64,000 bases of DNA from Deltaproteobacteria bacterium (GTDB taxonomy: Bacteria; Desulfobacterota_D; UBA1144; Nemesobacterales; UBA2774), in contig JAJCZS010000009.1 in NCBI GenBank assembly GCA_029262275.1, positions 4,284 to 68,283 of the forward strand, read 5' to 3'. The notes beneath the pieces were generated by a model. The model was not told the DNA's origin. It did no database searches and saw only the letters and a list, made by a program, of their open reading frames with translations. The translations under genes were made by a program, and so were the position numbers. Below, piece by piece: positions 10,757 to 20,919 of the stretch; position 1 is the stretch's first letter; every line of letters begins with the position of its first letter.

Positions 10757-11347
10757 TTAGAGTTTACCTTTGGTTGAGGGTATATCCTTAGACCTTGGGT
10801 CAAGCCCAGTAGCTTTGTCCAATGCGCGTCCTACTGCTTTGAACATAGCCTCGATTATGTGGTGCAGGTTGTCACCGTATTTAAGCTCTATATGTAGGTT
10901 AGCTTTAAGCGTATTAGTAAAAGACTTAAAGAACTCCTCTGCCAGCTCAACATCAAACTCGCCAACCTTAGACTTAGGAATTTCCACTCTGAACTCAAAA
11001 TGAGGTCTACCGCTTAGATCAACACAAGCAAACGCAAGTGTTTCGTCAAAAGGTACAAATGCTTCACCAAATCTGGTTATACCCCTTTTGTCACCAAGCG
11101 CGTTTAAAATTGCCTCACCCAGCGCAAGTCCAACATCTTCTACAGTGTGGTGAAAATCTATATCTATATCGCCTATGGCGTTTATCTTCAGATCAAAGTA
11201 ACCGTGCTTGGCAAATTGAGAGAGCATGTGGTTAAAGAAAGGTATGCCTGTGTTGATATCAAATTTGCCGCTCCCATCTAGGTTAATATCAATCTTCACC
11301 TTTACTTCTGATGTCTTTCTTTCGAGTTTTGCTTGTCTTTTACCCAT
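10757..11347 (-). CDS. hisB: imidazoleglycerol-phosphate dehydratase
   Basis: HHTVED and NLHHIIEA motifs. Confidence 0.97.
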   Translation of the reverse strand: MGKRQAKLERKTSEVKVKIDINLDGSGKFDINTGIPFFNHMLSQFAKHGYFDLKINAIGDIDIDFHHTVEDVGLALGEAILNALGDKRGITRFGEAFVPFDETLAFACVDLSGRPHFEFRVEIPKSKVGEFDVELAEEFFKSFTNTLKANLHIELKYGDNLHHIIEAMFKAVGRALDKATGLDPRSKDIPSTKGKL

Positions 11348-11459
11348 GATTAATTAAGAATCTTATCTGAAATTATAGAAGTATCCAAGGTCTCTACCTA
11401 TTAAAGATATTAACCCCAAGGTATTTCTAAGCAAAGCGCGACTGAGTACAATAGTTTTT

Positions 11460-11891
11460 ATGAAGATAGGTATTTTAGATGAGACCAGTGGGCTTGATAG
11501 CAAAACTAAGAGCAGTATTAAAAAAATAGCGCGTCTAGTATTAAAAGAGCAGGATGTTCCAGGAGACTGTGAGTTGAGCATCACTTTTATAGATGACGCT
11601 CAGATGAGAGAGCTCAACCGCACCTATAGAAAGATTGATAGAACCACCGATGTGCTTTCATTTCCCCAAAGTGAATGGCCTGATTTTACTATTTTGGGAG
11701 ATATCATTATTTCCTTAGATACGGCTGAAAGACACTCAAAATCCTATGGGGTTTCACTACACGAGGAGCTAAAGAAGCTTATTGTCCACGGTATACTTCA
11801 CTTGCTGGGTCACGACCATAAGAAAAAGAAAGAAACCGAAATTATGAGAGAAAGGGAAAAAGAACTGTCTTTATTAATTAAGGACCTATAA
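11460..11891 (+). CDS. ybeY: rRNA maturation endoribonuclease
   Basis: TDVLSF, LGDI and HGILHLLGHDH motifs. Confidence 0.95.
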   Translation: MKIGILDETSGLDSKTKSSIKKIARLVLKEQDVPGDCELSITFIDDAQMRELNRTYRKIDRTTDVLSFPQSEWPDFTILGDIIISLDTAERHSKSYGVSLHEELKKLIVHGILHLLGHDHKKKKETEIMREREKELSLLIKDL

Positions 11892-11901
11892 GTAAATAAC
11901 C

Positions 11902-13134
11902 CTACTTACCCTTTTTAATCTTAAGTTTTACTTCTTCTATTGAGCGGGAAGTTGATTTAGTAACTGTAAAAATATAGTTGGTGTGCTTAACCTTGTCCCC
12001 TGTCTTAGGGATAGACCCTATCTCTGCTAGAAGAAAACCGCCGAGAGTTTCATAATCATCACTATCTGGAATGCCTAGGCCAAGATCATCATTTAAGGCC
12101 TCTATTTCTATCTTTGGATTTATTAAATAGTCTTCGTCCCCTGTTTTTCTCCAGAGTTTTATTCCCCTATCGTATTCATCCTCAATTTCACCAACTACTT
12201 CTTCTAAGATGTCCTCAAGTGTAATTGCGCCAACTGCTCCGCCGTATTCATCGACAACAACAGCCATACCAGCCCGGCCCTCTTTCATCTCTTCAAGCAA
12301 CTCATCCACGGGTTTTGACTCGGGAACATAGAAAGGCGACTGTGCATAATTTTTAAGAGCATCATTGGGATCAGCACCCAGAAGATAAAAGGAATGCAAC
12401 ATGCCCGTAATGTTGTCCACGCGATCAGAGAAGATAGGTATTCTTGAGTGCCCGGTTTCTTTAATCAGCCTTATGGCATCACCAACTTTTGAATCTTCGC
12501 TAAGGGCTCTGACCTGAATAAGCGGGATCATAATCTCATCCACGGCGGTTTCTGAAAACCTAAATATTCTCTTAATAATTCTCTCTTTATAATCAACCGT
12601 AGGGGCAGTGGTGTCACCCTCGATTACATCAAGGAGCTCCTCTCTTGTTATAAATGTGCTATCTGTTTTGCCTGTTAGGTCCAGAAGTTTTTTCGTAAAA
12701 ATGTTTACAAATATTAAGATAGGATAGAACAATTTTGATGCTACCCAAAGAGGATAAATTGCCCAGAGCACTATTGTATTTCTTCTTCTTTGAAAAACAG
12801 CCTTTGGAACTATTTGTCCAAAGATTATTATAAGTGGTGAGAGGATTAAAACTGTGTACAGCTCTCCACCCTGACCATATTTTTCATGTATATAGAAAGT
12901 GAGCACAATGGTGCTAATAATCAAAGAGAGGTTTATTCCAACAAGAGTTGTACTCAGAAAACGCTCTACCTGATCAAAGGCACTCAACACTAACTTTGCG
13001 CTCTTGGATCCACCCTCTGCTAGTGATCTCATCTTTACCTTATCACAGGATATAAGAGCTATCTCAGAGCCTGCAAAAAAGGCCTGCAATATAAGAGAAA
13101 CTATTATTATTCCTATTACTACTTCAAGCGACAT
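11902..13134 (-). CDS. CNNM/CBS/CorC (HlyC-type) transporter family protein
   Basis: FAGSEIA, HSRIP, VVDEYGG and CorC-like C terminus. Confidence 0.9.
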   Translation of the reverse strand: MSLEVVIGIIIVSLILQAFFAGSEIALISCDKVKMRSLAEGGSKSAKLVLSAFDQVERFLSTTLVGINLSLIISTIVLTFYIHEKYGQGGELYTVLILSPLIIIFGQIVPKAVFQRRRNTIVLWAIYPLWVASKLFYPILIFVNIFTKKLLDLTGKTDSTFITREELLDVIEGDTTAPTVDYKERIIKRIFRFSETAVDEIMIPLIQVRALSEDSKVGDAIRLIKETGHSRIPIFSDRVDNITGMLHSFYLLGADPNDALKNYAQSPFYVPESKPVDELLEEMKEGRAGMAVVVDEYGGAVGAITLEDILEEVVGEIEDEYDRGIKLWRKTGDEDYLINPKIEIEALNDDLGLGIPDSDDYETLGGFLLAEIGSIPKTGDKVKHTNYIFTVTKSTSRSIEEVKLKIKKGK

Positions 13135-14467
13135 CTGCTACCTCTTTTTTCATTCTTTGCACTCTAATCTCAGTAATACGTTTTCCGGAAACTTTATTTA
13201 CCGTAAAGGCTAAACTGCTATATGAAATGCTATCCCCCTGGGCCGGGAATCTGCCGAATAAATCAAACACGAACCCAGCTACTGTCTCGTGATCTTCCTC
13301 AGACGGAAGAACAGACTCTTCAAGCTCATCTCCTAAGTTTTCAATCCCACCATATCTAAGTATGGTAAACAAATATGTATCGTTGAATTCATCAATTTTC
13401 ATACTTCCTGGAATAATTAGCGACTCGCCCTGCCACCTGACCTCGGCAGTTTTTATAACTCTTCTCTCATCCTCAATCTCTCCAAAGAGCTCTTCAAGAA
13501 GATCCTCCATAGTGACAATACCATCAAAGCGTCCGTACTCATCAACAACAATTGCTATATGTATGCGCTGTTGCTGAAACTCTTTTAAGAGATCAAATGC
13601 CATTTTTGTACGAGGTATAAAATAAGGAGGTTTTAAAAACTTTTTAATAGTTTTTTCCTCTGAAAGATCGAAAGAAAGAAGATCTTTAGCATATAGAACC
13701 CCAACTATGTTGTCCTTACTATCTTTATAAACAGGTGTTCTTGAGAAGCCTCTTTTTTTAATATCGTAGAGAGCTTGGGATCTAGAAAGATTTACAGGCA
13801 GCAAGAAGCAGTCAATTGATGGGGTCATAATTTTATGAGCAGGAACGTCTTCAAGCTTAAACAAACTCCCTACAAGCTTTTTCTCAATCTCTGTAATAAC
13901 TCCCTCTTCACTACCAATGCCCACTAGAGTTTTTACTTCCTCCGCTGAGAACTTCTCGCTGTGCTCTGGTTCTATCTTTCCTCCCAATACTCTTGTGAAA
14001 CCGATTGAGAGAATCATCAATACCCATCTTATAGGAGTAATCAAAACATGGAACATGTGTAGCGGATAGGAAATTGCCGTAGCTATGACTCTAGGATACT
14101 TAACACCTAGGGTTTTTGGGCCAATTTCACCCAATAGAAGTAGACTAGGAGATGCAACTGCAACAGATACAAGCATTATTGTTTGCTCTGAAGAAGTAGT
14201 TAAAAGCGAGTTTACCGTAAGACCTATAACACTGGTGTAGGCTACATTTACTACCTCATCCGCAAAAAGAATAGTAATTATGAGTTTGTATGGGTCTTTA
14301 AGTAGCTTATCTATAAGTTTTGAGCTTTTAGTCCCTTCTTTTCTCAATCTGTCTAGCTGGTGTTTCCCCAAAGAAAATAGAGAACCCTCGGCTATACAGA
14401 AAAATCCTGAAAGAAAAAGAAGAATCAATATTAATATTAGATTATAGCTTAATGATATATCTTCCAT
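13124..14467 (-). CDS. CNNM/CBS/CorC (HlyC-type) transporter family protein, second paralogue
   Basis: AEGSLFSL, GEIGPK, FSRTP and VVDEYG motifs. Confidence 0.9.
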   Translation of the reverse strand: MEDISLSYNLILILILLFLSGFFCIAEGSLFSLGKHQLDRLRKEGTKSSKLIDKLLKDPYKLIITILFADEVVNVAYTSVIGLTVNSLLTTSSEQTIMLVSVAVASPSLLLLGEIGPKTLGVKYPRVIATAISYPLHMFHVLITPIRWVLMILSIGFTRVLGGKIEPEHSEKFSAEEVKTLVGIGSEEGVITEIEKKLVGSLFKLEDVPAHKIMTPSIDCFLLPVNLSRSQALYDIKKRGFSRTPVYKDSKDNIVGVLYAKDLLSFDLSEEKTIKKFLKPPYFIPRTKMAFDLLKEFQQQRIHIAIVVDEYGRFDGIVTMEDLLEELFGEIEDERRVIKTAEVRWQGESLIIPGSMKIDEFNDTYLFTILRYGGIENLGDELEESVLPSEEDHETVAGFVFDLFGRFPAQGDSISYSSLAFTVNKVSGKRITEIRVQRMKKEVADVA

Positions 14468-15472
14468 CTAATTGTTAAAGTGAACAAATCCCCTTTCGTT
14501 TATTGTTTTATACTCTCCGCTGACACTATTAACATCTAGTGAAGCAAGCTCTGTTATGCTGCCGATTTCTGTAATTTGAATCTCTAATTTCTCTGATATA
14601 GCTTGAATTTCTCCCTTCCTTGATTCGTCTGCGGTAAAAAGCAGCTCGTAATCTTCCCCGCCGCTTATAGCCGGTTTATAAATATCCTCATAATACTGCT
14701 CTACAAAGTCATTATATTCTTTAGATCTTGGCACCTTCTCAAGCTCTAACTTAGCACCAATATCTTGCTGAACTGTAATCCTCTCTAAATCAAGAAGTAG
14801 TCCATCACTAACATCAATCATCGAAGTAGCTAATTGCTCTAGCGCAAGTTCTCTTCCAAGAGCTAACCTTGGCAAAGGATTTATATGTCTATTTGTTAAA
14901 AGCTCAGCGCCTTGCTTTGGTTCTTCATCTTGAAGGATTTTGAGACCAAGCGCCGAATCACCCAAAGTGCCACTTACATATAGAAGATCTCCAGGTTTAG
15001 CTCCGGCTCTCCTAACCATTAAGTCAGGTTCAACCTCACCCAAAACAGTTATATCCAAAAAGAGCTTATTAGATGAAGATAAGTTTCCACCAATAAGTTC
15101 AACCTTAAACTCTTCAAGGGACGAGAGAAAACCTGAAATTAAACCGTCAAGATACCCCTCATCTTCCCCCTTAGAAAAACCTACCGATGCTAGTATAAAC
15201 CTGGGAACACCCCCCATGGCCCCTATATCACTTACCGAGACAGCTACGGCTTTTCTAGCAAGCTGTGCTGGGGTAATAAAGGATTTAACAAAGTGAACAT
15301 CCTCTACCTGGGTATCTGTTGTTGAAAGCACCAGCTTGCCTGAATCAAATCTTACAGCTGCTGCGTCATCACCAATTCCCAGCTCTACATCCTTAGATAT
15401 TTTATGAAACCGCTCTTCAATACTTCTAAGAGCACTTAGCTCATCTATCATAGTATTTAAATCCCGCAGCAT
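14468..15472 (-). CDS. thiL: thiamine-monophosphate kinase
   Basis: GIGDDAA, VSDIGAMGG, IDVSDGL and GGEDYELLFT motifs. Confidence 0.95.
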   Translation of the reverse strand: MLRDLNTMIDELSALRSIEERFHKISKDVELGIGDDAAAVRFDSGKLVLSTTDTQVEDVHFVKSFITPAQLARKAVAVSVSDIGAMGGVPRFILASVGFSKGEDEGYLDGLISGFLSSLEEFKVELIGGNLSSSNKLFLDITVLGEVEPDLMVRRAGAKPGDLLYVSGTLGDSALGLKILQDEEPKQGAELLTNRHINPLPRLALGRELALEQLATSMIDVSDGLLLDLERITVQQDIGAKLELEKVPRSKEYNDFVEQYYEDIYKPAISGGEDYELLFTADESRKGEIQAISEKLEIQITEIGSITELASLDVNSVSGEYKTINERGFVHFNN

Positions 15473-15727
15473 TCTATTATAGGATTAGAAGCTATAAAAC
15501 TGTTTTGAATAAAGAATTCTGGGAGTTGTATGAACTTAAGGTATAAATCACACAAATGAGGGTCTGGTTCTTTCATTTAGTTTGTAGTATAAATTTCCTA
15601 AAAATTTAAAACACTTAGGCCTCTATGCCACAATTAAAGTTTAGGATATTTAACAATATATGTCAATAAAAATACCTCATTATACACCCATCTTCAATTT
15701 AGAAAGAAATAAAACTCTTAGGTATAA

Positions 15728-16093
15728 TTGTTTGCTATGAGCCAAGAGAAAATAACTATATATGTAAAACCGACATGCACCACGTGCAGGAAAGTTCTCA
15801 AGATTCTAAGAGAAAGTGAGACGGATTTTGACAGTGTTAACTATTTTGAAGAGCCGCTAAACAAAAAAACATTAACTCAATTAGTAAAAAGCTTAGGTAT
15901 CCCGCCTAGAGATCTTTTAAGAAAGAACGAATCAATATATAAAGAACTAGGCTTATCCAATAAAGAGTTAAGCGACTCTCAAATTATAGATCTCATGATC
16001 AAGCATCCCGATTTGATTCAAAGACCTATTGTAGTTAAAGATAAAGAAGTAATCCTTGCCAGACCTGCTCTAGAGATTGAAAAGATTCTATAG
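15728..16093 (+). CDS. ArsC/Spx family protein
   Basis: CTTCRK and LIQRPIV motifs. Confidence 0.85.
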   Translation: MFAMSQEKITIYVKPTCTTCRKVLKILRESETDFDSVNYFEEPLNKKTLTQLVKSLGIPPRDLLRKNESIYKELGLSNKELSDSQIIDLMIKHPDLIQRPIVVKDKEVILARPALEIEKIL

Positions 16094-16273
16094 TCCTGCC
16101 TAAACAGATTCATACTTTATAGCGCACAAATCTTTAATCAACATATGATCACAGAATATTACTTATTTCAATATAGATCTAAATTGCTAAATATCTTTGC
16201 ATTATATGAACTTCCTGGTTAAATTTGTCTAATTATTAGACGAGAAATTTAGCAAAATAGTGGGGGAAAGATA

Positions 16274-17632
16274 ATGACCAAATTTAGAGCTTTATATGTA
16301 TCTTTGCTTGCTTCAATTTTATGTATCGCAATATATGCAACACCAAGTCATGCACAGTTTGCATGTCTTCCTACTTGCGACCTTGCTGATGGTGAATTTC
16401 TAGCATTAGCGGCAATGGGATTGTCCACTAGCAATAACAGAAACGCAGAGTTTCAGATTACCTCTGCTTCTATTAGTGAAACTTTTGAAATAGGAATATT
16501 TGATGGGGACGGCTCAGGTACGAACTGGGACGTAAATAATGAACCTTTCGTAGTATTAGAATATTCACTATATGCTGATCCTGAAGGCAACGGTACTGGG
16601 AATTCATTTCTTGTAGCCCGTTGGTCAAGTAACGGTGCATTTGGTGATAACATAGGGGAACCAATGCCGACTGATGAATGGTTTACGCGAGTACTGTCAA
16701 ATATACCTCAAGCACGTACTGCTGATGGGACTTACTCATATAGATTAGAAATGGAAAATTTAAATCCTGATGCTGTGGGTTTAAATGGTTACAAGGTACG
16801 AACTGACGGAGCAATTTTTATACCCGCAGGAGCTGCATTTAACTACGTAGCACCTCCTAGAGCACAAAAAGACTTTGAAACTTTGTTTCCGAATATTGAT
16901 ATCACAGACCCTGCATGTTTTGATATGAACCGCCCAGGAGGTTTCTGTGACCCGTTTACAGATCCCAGCTGCTGTTTAAATCCGACTTTATATACTGGGG
17001 AGTGGAGTTTTTGTTTTATGGTCCCTGATGACCTAGATACATTAGATATTTGGGATGGAGATTTTGATTTTGGCTCGGCCTCTTTTGACGATCAAGGTAA
17101 CTGTATCGTACCTGACAATGTAAACCTGGACACTGATGATCAAAATACCCCAATTCCTCTACCAGATTGGGCAATTGGTACCGATGCAATAACTCAGTCA
17201 GCAAGTATTCCCACAGACCCGGCTGATGATAATTTCTGTAACCCTTTATCCACTAGACCGCCTAGCGTCATTTACAACCTTGTAGGTCCGGGAGGCGTAT
17301 CATATATGAATACAAACCCTTCTGGGAATATTGAATGGGAACTTTTCAACATCAGTACTCTGCCATTTGATCCTAATTTATATGACATTCATGTAGATGA
17401 CATTCCAGGTGGACTTTGGTGTGTAGAAACATTTGGAAACGATATGCAAAATCTAAATTCTTTGAGACTACCATTTGCAGCTATTGGTGTTGATGATAAC
17501 GGAGAACCTGTAGTTGAACCTCCTGTAGATTTACCCATTCCTTCTCTAAATCAGTGGGGAGTATTAGCTCTAGCAGTAATATTAGGAATTGTGGGATTTA
17601 TGGCAATTAGAAGAAAAAAAGTGGCTGCTTAA
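16274..17632 (+). CDS. secreted Cys/Asp-rich IPTL-CTERM protein
   Basis: Signal peptide; C-terminal IPSLNQWG + TM helix + RRKK. Confidence 0.8.
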   Translation: MTKFRALYVSLLASILCIAIYATPSHAQFACLPTCDLADGEFLALAAMGLSTSNNRNAEFQITSASISETFEIGIFDGDGSGTNWDVNNEPFVVLEYSLYADPEGNGTGNSFLVARWSSNGAFGDNIGEPMPTDEWFTRVLSNIPQARTADGTYSYRLEMENLNPDAVGLNGYKVRTDGAIFIPAGAAFNYVAPPRAQKDFETLFPNIDITDPACFDMNRPGGFCDPFTDPSCCLNPTLYTGEWSFCFMVPDDLDTLDIWDGDFDFGSASFDDQGNCIVPDNVNLDTDDQNTPIPLPDWAIGTDAITQSASIPTDPADDNFCNPLSTRPPSVIYNLVGPGGVSYMNTNPSGNIEWELFNISTLPFDPNLYDIHVDDIPGGLWCVETFGNDMQNLNSLRLPFAAIGVDDNGEPVVEPPVDLPIPSLNQWGVLALAVILGIVGFMAIRRKKVAA

Positions 17633-17660
17633 ATCCAAAATCATTAATTCTTTAAAAACT

Positions 17661-17683
17661 AAAGGGAGCTTAGGCTCCCTTTT
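17661..17683. terminator. bidirectional intrinsic terminator
   Basis: AAAGGGAGC-TTAG-GCTCCCTTT between convergent genes. Confidence 0.75.
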
Positions 17684-17730
17684 ATTAATCCACTTCTGGA
17701 GAAATTAGCAACATGCTTTAATTTTTACTT

Positions 17731-19062
17731 CTACTTTTTTGGTCCTTTACCATTGCCATTGTTATTGTTATTCCCTTGGCCGATTCCACCACCATTGGCA
17801 CCGCCGCCAACAGACGGGCATTGATTATCATTTTGCCTAATGGGTGTGAAATCTGTGATAGACGGATTTTGCATCCATGCAGTGATGGTCGGTATATCAG
17901 TTGTTCCCCAATAATTTTGCCGTACATCCAATGTTGCTCCACCTAGAGCTTGGTCAGGCATAATTCCTGCTGGTATAAAATAGCGAACTCCATTGCCCGC
18001 AGTGGTAATTCCTGTAAAACAGTTTTTGCTAATATCCACTGTATTCCAACCTATACCACCAAGACTTGGAGAGGCACTTTGATAGGTGCTATGGGCACCA
18101 GCATATACAGCACTTGCGTCACTAGTGTCAGCTCTGTTCTTTGTAATAGTAATATCTGAAAAGACTGTCTGCCCCGTTATATTATCTGCATTAAAAAGCG
18201 CAAACACGGCATCCGTAGTACCTAACATAATATTTTCCCTAATTGTTACATCTGAAACAGGTACTGATGCCTGATACCATTTGAAAATCTGGATGTCGCG
18301 ACGGTTATTATTGAAGTTATTAGTCTCAATTAGAGCGTTCTGAACTTCCTCTAGGAACAAAGCAGCAGTTGTATGGTTATTGAAAGTACAGCCTGTTACA
18401 TCTATTCCATCAAGGGTGGAAACGCTACCGTCATTTGCTATGTATATACCTATGGCATTGTCTATAAAAGTAGAGTCAATAAACGACACATTGTTTAAAT
18501 GACCTGAAGAGGCAATCCTTAGACCGTGATGAGTGTTTTCAAAATTGCACTGGTCAACTAACAAATTCGTAACTGTTGTAGCGTTATGAACTTCTATGCC
18601 GCGTGAACTATTATCAAGCATAGAAACCAATTGTATCGTTGTACCATCAATTGTTTGACCTGCAAGTTCAAAACGTATTGCCTGGTCTGCATTTTGTATA
18701 GTCATATTTCTAATTATTACATTGTTAGCCTTAGGGTAGAAAACAACTGTAAATCCTCCTAGGCTTGAAGGGTCTATTATTGTTGAGCCAATTCCCTGAC
18801 CCTGAATTGTAAGTTCTTTTGTAATATCTATAAAATCTTCTACATGGGTACCAGCTAGAACATTTATTGTATCACCGTTTACAACACCAGCGTCATCAAT
18901 TGCGTCCTGAATTGTGGCAAAGTCTCCTGGAATGTCGAAAGTTGCTGCAATTGTATTGCCTGCAGAAATATATGTTATGATCAGAGCGAAAATTAATGAT
19001 AAACAGAATGAATACTTATTTAGTTTCCCCTTGTTTTCTTTTTTCATACTCATTACCCCCAC
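17731..19062 (-). CDS. secreted right-handed parallel beta-helix protein, paralogue 3 of the tandem array; Gly/Asn-rich tail
   Basis: DFATIQDAID...INVLAG start of pectin-lyase-like fold; repeated N/T/I-rich strands. Confidence 0.8.
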   Translation of the reverse strand: MGVMSMKKENKGKLNKYSFCLSLIFALIITYISAGNTIAATFDIPGDFATIQDAIDDAGVVNGDTINVLAGTHVEDFIDITKELTIQGQGIGSTIIDPSSLGGFTVVFYPKANNVIIRNMTIQNADQAIRFELAGQTIDGTTIQLVSMLDNSSRGIEVHNATTVTNLLVDQCNFENTHHGLRIASSGHLNNVSFIDSTFIDNAIGIYIANDGSVSTLDGIDVTGCTFNNHTTAALFLEEVQNALIETNNFNNNRRDIQIFKWYQASVPVSDVTIRENIMLGTTDAVFALFNADNITGQTVFSDITITKNRADTSDASAVYAGAHSTYQSASPSLGGIGWNTVDISKNCFTGITTAGNGVRYFIPAGIMPDQALGGATLDVRQNYWGTTDIPTITAWMQNPSITDFTPIRQNDNQCPSVGGGANGGGIGQGNNNNNGNGKGPKK

Positions 19063-19290
19063 CTATGTTATTGATTTTTTAACAAAAGAGTACAGTAACA
19101 TTACTGTAAAATATAGTACGAGATCTAGAACATATATGGATGTTAATTATATGATTAATTATGAACTGGCTTCAAGTAGGTTTTGTTTTAAATTAGAGAT
19201 TTGGCTCTAAAATATGATAGAGAGATTAAGATTCCTGAGCGGCATTCCTGCCGCTCAGGTTGAATATTAAGTTAGAGTGTAGGTAGAAGC

Positions 19291-20829
19291 TTAAAAAGTT
19301 TCTGTTACAACATTACTACCAGTACAGGTAGCCATATCCACTGCTTGAAATTTCAAAGTCTCACCAAACAATCTCGGTGATATATCAACAGAAACGGTAG
19401 CATTACCTTTTGCATCAGCGGTTGTCATATCCAAAACTCTTGGTCTGTCGATTCCCAAGACGAGCTTACGGCAAATCTCACTAGCTTCGACGTTTGGTGC
19501 TTCATTAACTCCGACAACAATTGCTACATCCCCATTTGAAGAAGCTTCACTGACGTTAAAGTCATTGACTACACCAGCATCTCCTGGGACAATCGGCTGT
19601 AAAGCTACAGTGGCACAAATATTAGTTGTTCTAAACGGCATGTAATCGTTCACAGCTAGGTCTGGTACTTGCATAAGTGCAGTAATTGCAGCAGCGTTAG
19701 CAGTACCCCACCAGTTATTTGTTATATTTACAGTAGCTCCGCCTAAAGGATCCAATGGATCAACTCCAGCAGGAACGAAGTATATTACGCCATCTCCAGC
19801 CGTTAGACCTGTAAAGCAGTTATTTCTAATACGAACTGTATTCCAACCGGTACCAGCACCGACACTAGTTCTGTAAGCTCCCGCAAAAACTGCGCTGCCT
19901 CCAGCACCAGTAGTATCAGCTTCGTTTCTCACAAACCTAACATTGTTAAACATGGTAGCACCACCGTTGTCTGCATTAAAGATTGCAAACACAGCGCTGG
20001 TAGTTCCAGTCATTGTATTGTTTGAGATAGTAATATTAGATACCGGAACGCCAGGATTATACCACTTCAAGATTTGTATATCCCTACGGTTATCTACAAA
20101 CGTATTTGCAAGAATTCTTATGTCCTGTCCTTCTTCGAAATATATAGCTTGACCGGTATTAGCCATGAAAGTATTTCTTCTGATTCTAACATCGCTCATT
20201 GTGGATGTATTGCCGTCGTTTGCCATATAAAAACCGATGACATTGTCAGAGAAGAAAGAATCTTGAATTTCTGCTCCATCCAAATGGCCTGAAGAGGCAA
20301 TTCTTAGACCGTGATTGTTATTTTCAAAGTTACACTCATCGATAAACAAATTTGTAATAGTTGTAGCGTTATGAATTTCTATACCACGGCTTGTATTGTT
20401 TAGCATCTCAACACGAATGAGATCTGTGCTATCTATGGTTTGACCTGCTAATTCAAAACGGATTGCTGTACCCCCATTTTGAATTGACATATCTCTAATA
20501 ATTATATTGTCAGCTTGAGGATAAAGCACAATCTGTAATGCAGGTGGAGGAGAAGGCTCTAACATCGTAACACCTATTCCCTGACCCTGAATTATGAGCT
20601 CTTTTGTTATAAATACAGCGGATTCGACATGAGTTCCGGCAAGAACATTAATTGTATCTCCATTCATAGTGCCTGGATCGTCAATCGCTTCTTGTATTGT
20701 TGCAAAATCCGTTGGAACATCAAATGTTGCAGCTTTTGCATCTTCAGAATATATATATGCATAGCTAAGAACGAACATTACCAACACATAAAAAAATAAT
20801 CTGTTTAAATTTCCATTAATAATTTTCAT
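19291..20829 (-). CDS. secreted right-handed parallel beta-helix protein, paralogue 2, with extra C-terminal domain
   Basis: DFATIQEAIDDPG...SRGIEIHNATT...NHGLRIASSGHL shared with its neighbours. Confidence 0.8.
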   Translation of the reverse strand: MKIINGNLNRLFFYVLVMFVLSYAYIYSEDAKAATFDVPTDFATIQEAIDDPGTMNGDTINVLAGTHVESAVFITKELIIQGQGIGVTMLEPSPPPALQIVLYPQADNIIIRDMSIQNGGTAIRFELAGQTIDSTDLIRVEMLNNTSRGIEIHNATTITNLFIDECNFENNNHGLRIASSGHLDGAEIQDSFFSDNVIGFYMANDGNTSTMSDVRIRRNTFMANTGQAIYFEEGQDIRILANTFVDNRRDIQILKWYNPGVPVSNITISNNTMTGTTSAVFAIFNADNGGATMFNNVRFVRNEADTTGAGGSAVFAGAYRTSVGAGTGWNTVRIRNNCFTGLTAGDGVIYFVPAGVDPLDPLGGATVNITNNWWGTANAAAITALMQVPDLAVNDYMPFRTTNICATVALQPIVPGDAGVVNDFNVSEASSNGDVAIVVGVNEAPNVEASEICRKLVLGIDRPRVLDMTTADAKGNATVSVDISPRLFGETLKFQAVDMATCTGSNVVTETF

Positions 20830-20919
20830 TAATTACCCCTATCCAACTTTTAGATTTATTTGCATAACTTATTTATACACTTATTAATTATACCCAATAA
20901 CCTCAGAGCTTGGTTAATC

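Noticed and set aside
15473-15727. TPP riboswitch upstream of thiL
   Set aside because: The conserved CTGAGA and CCTG(A)...GGG core was not found.
19234-19259. 11-bp hairpin CCTGAGCGGCA/TGCCGCTCAGG as a REP element or ncRNA
   Set aside because: Only one copy was seen in the window; most simply a terminator or stability hairpin between paralogues.
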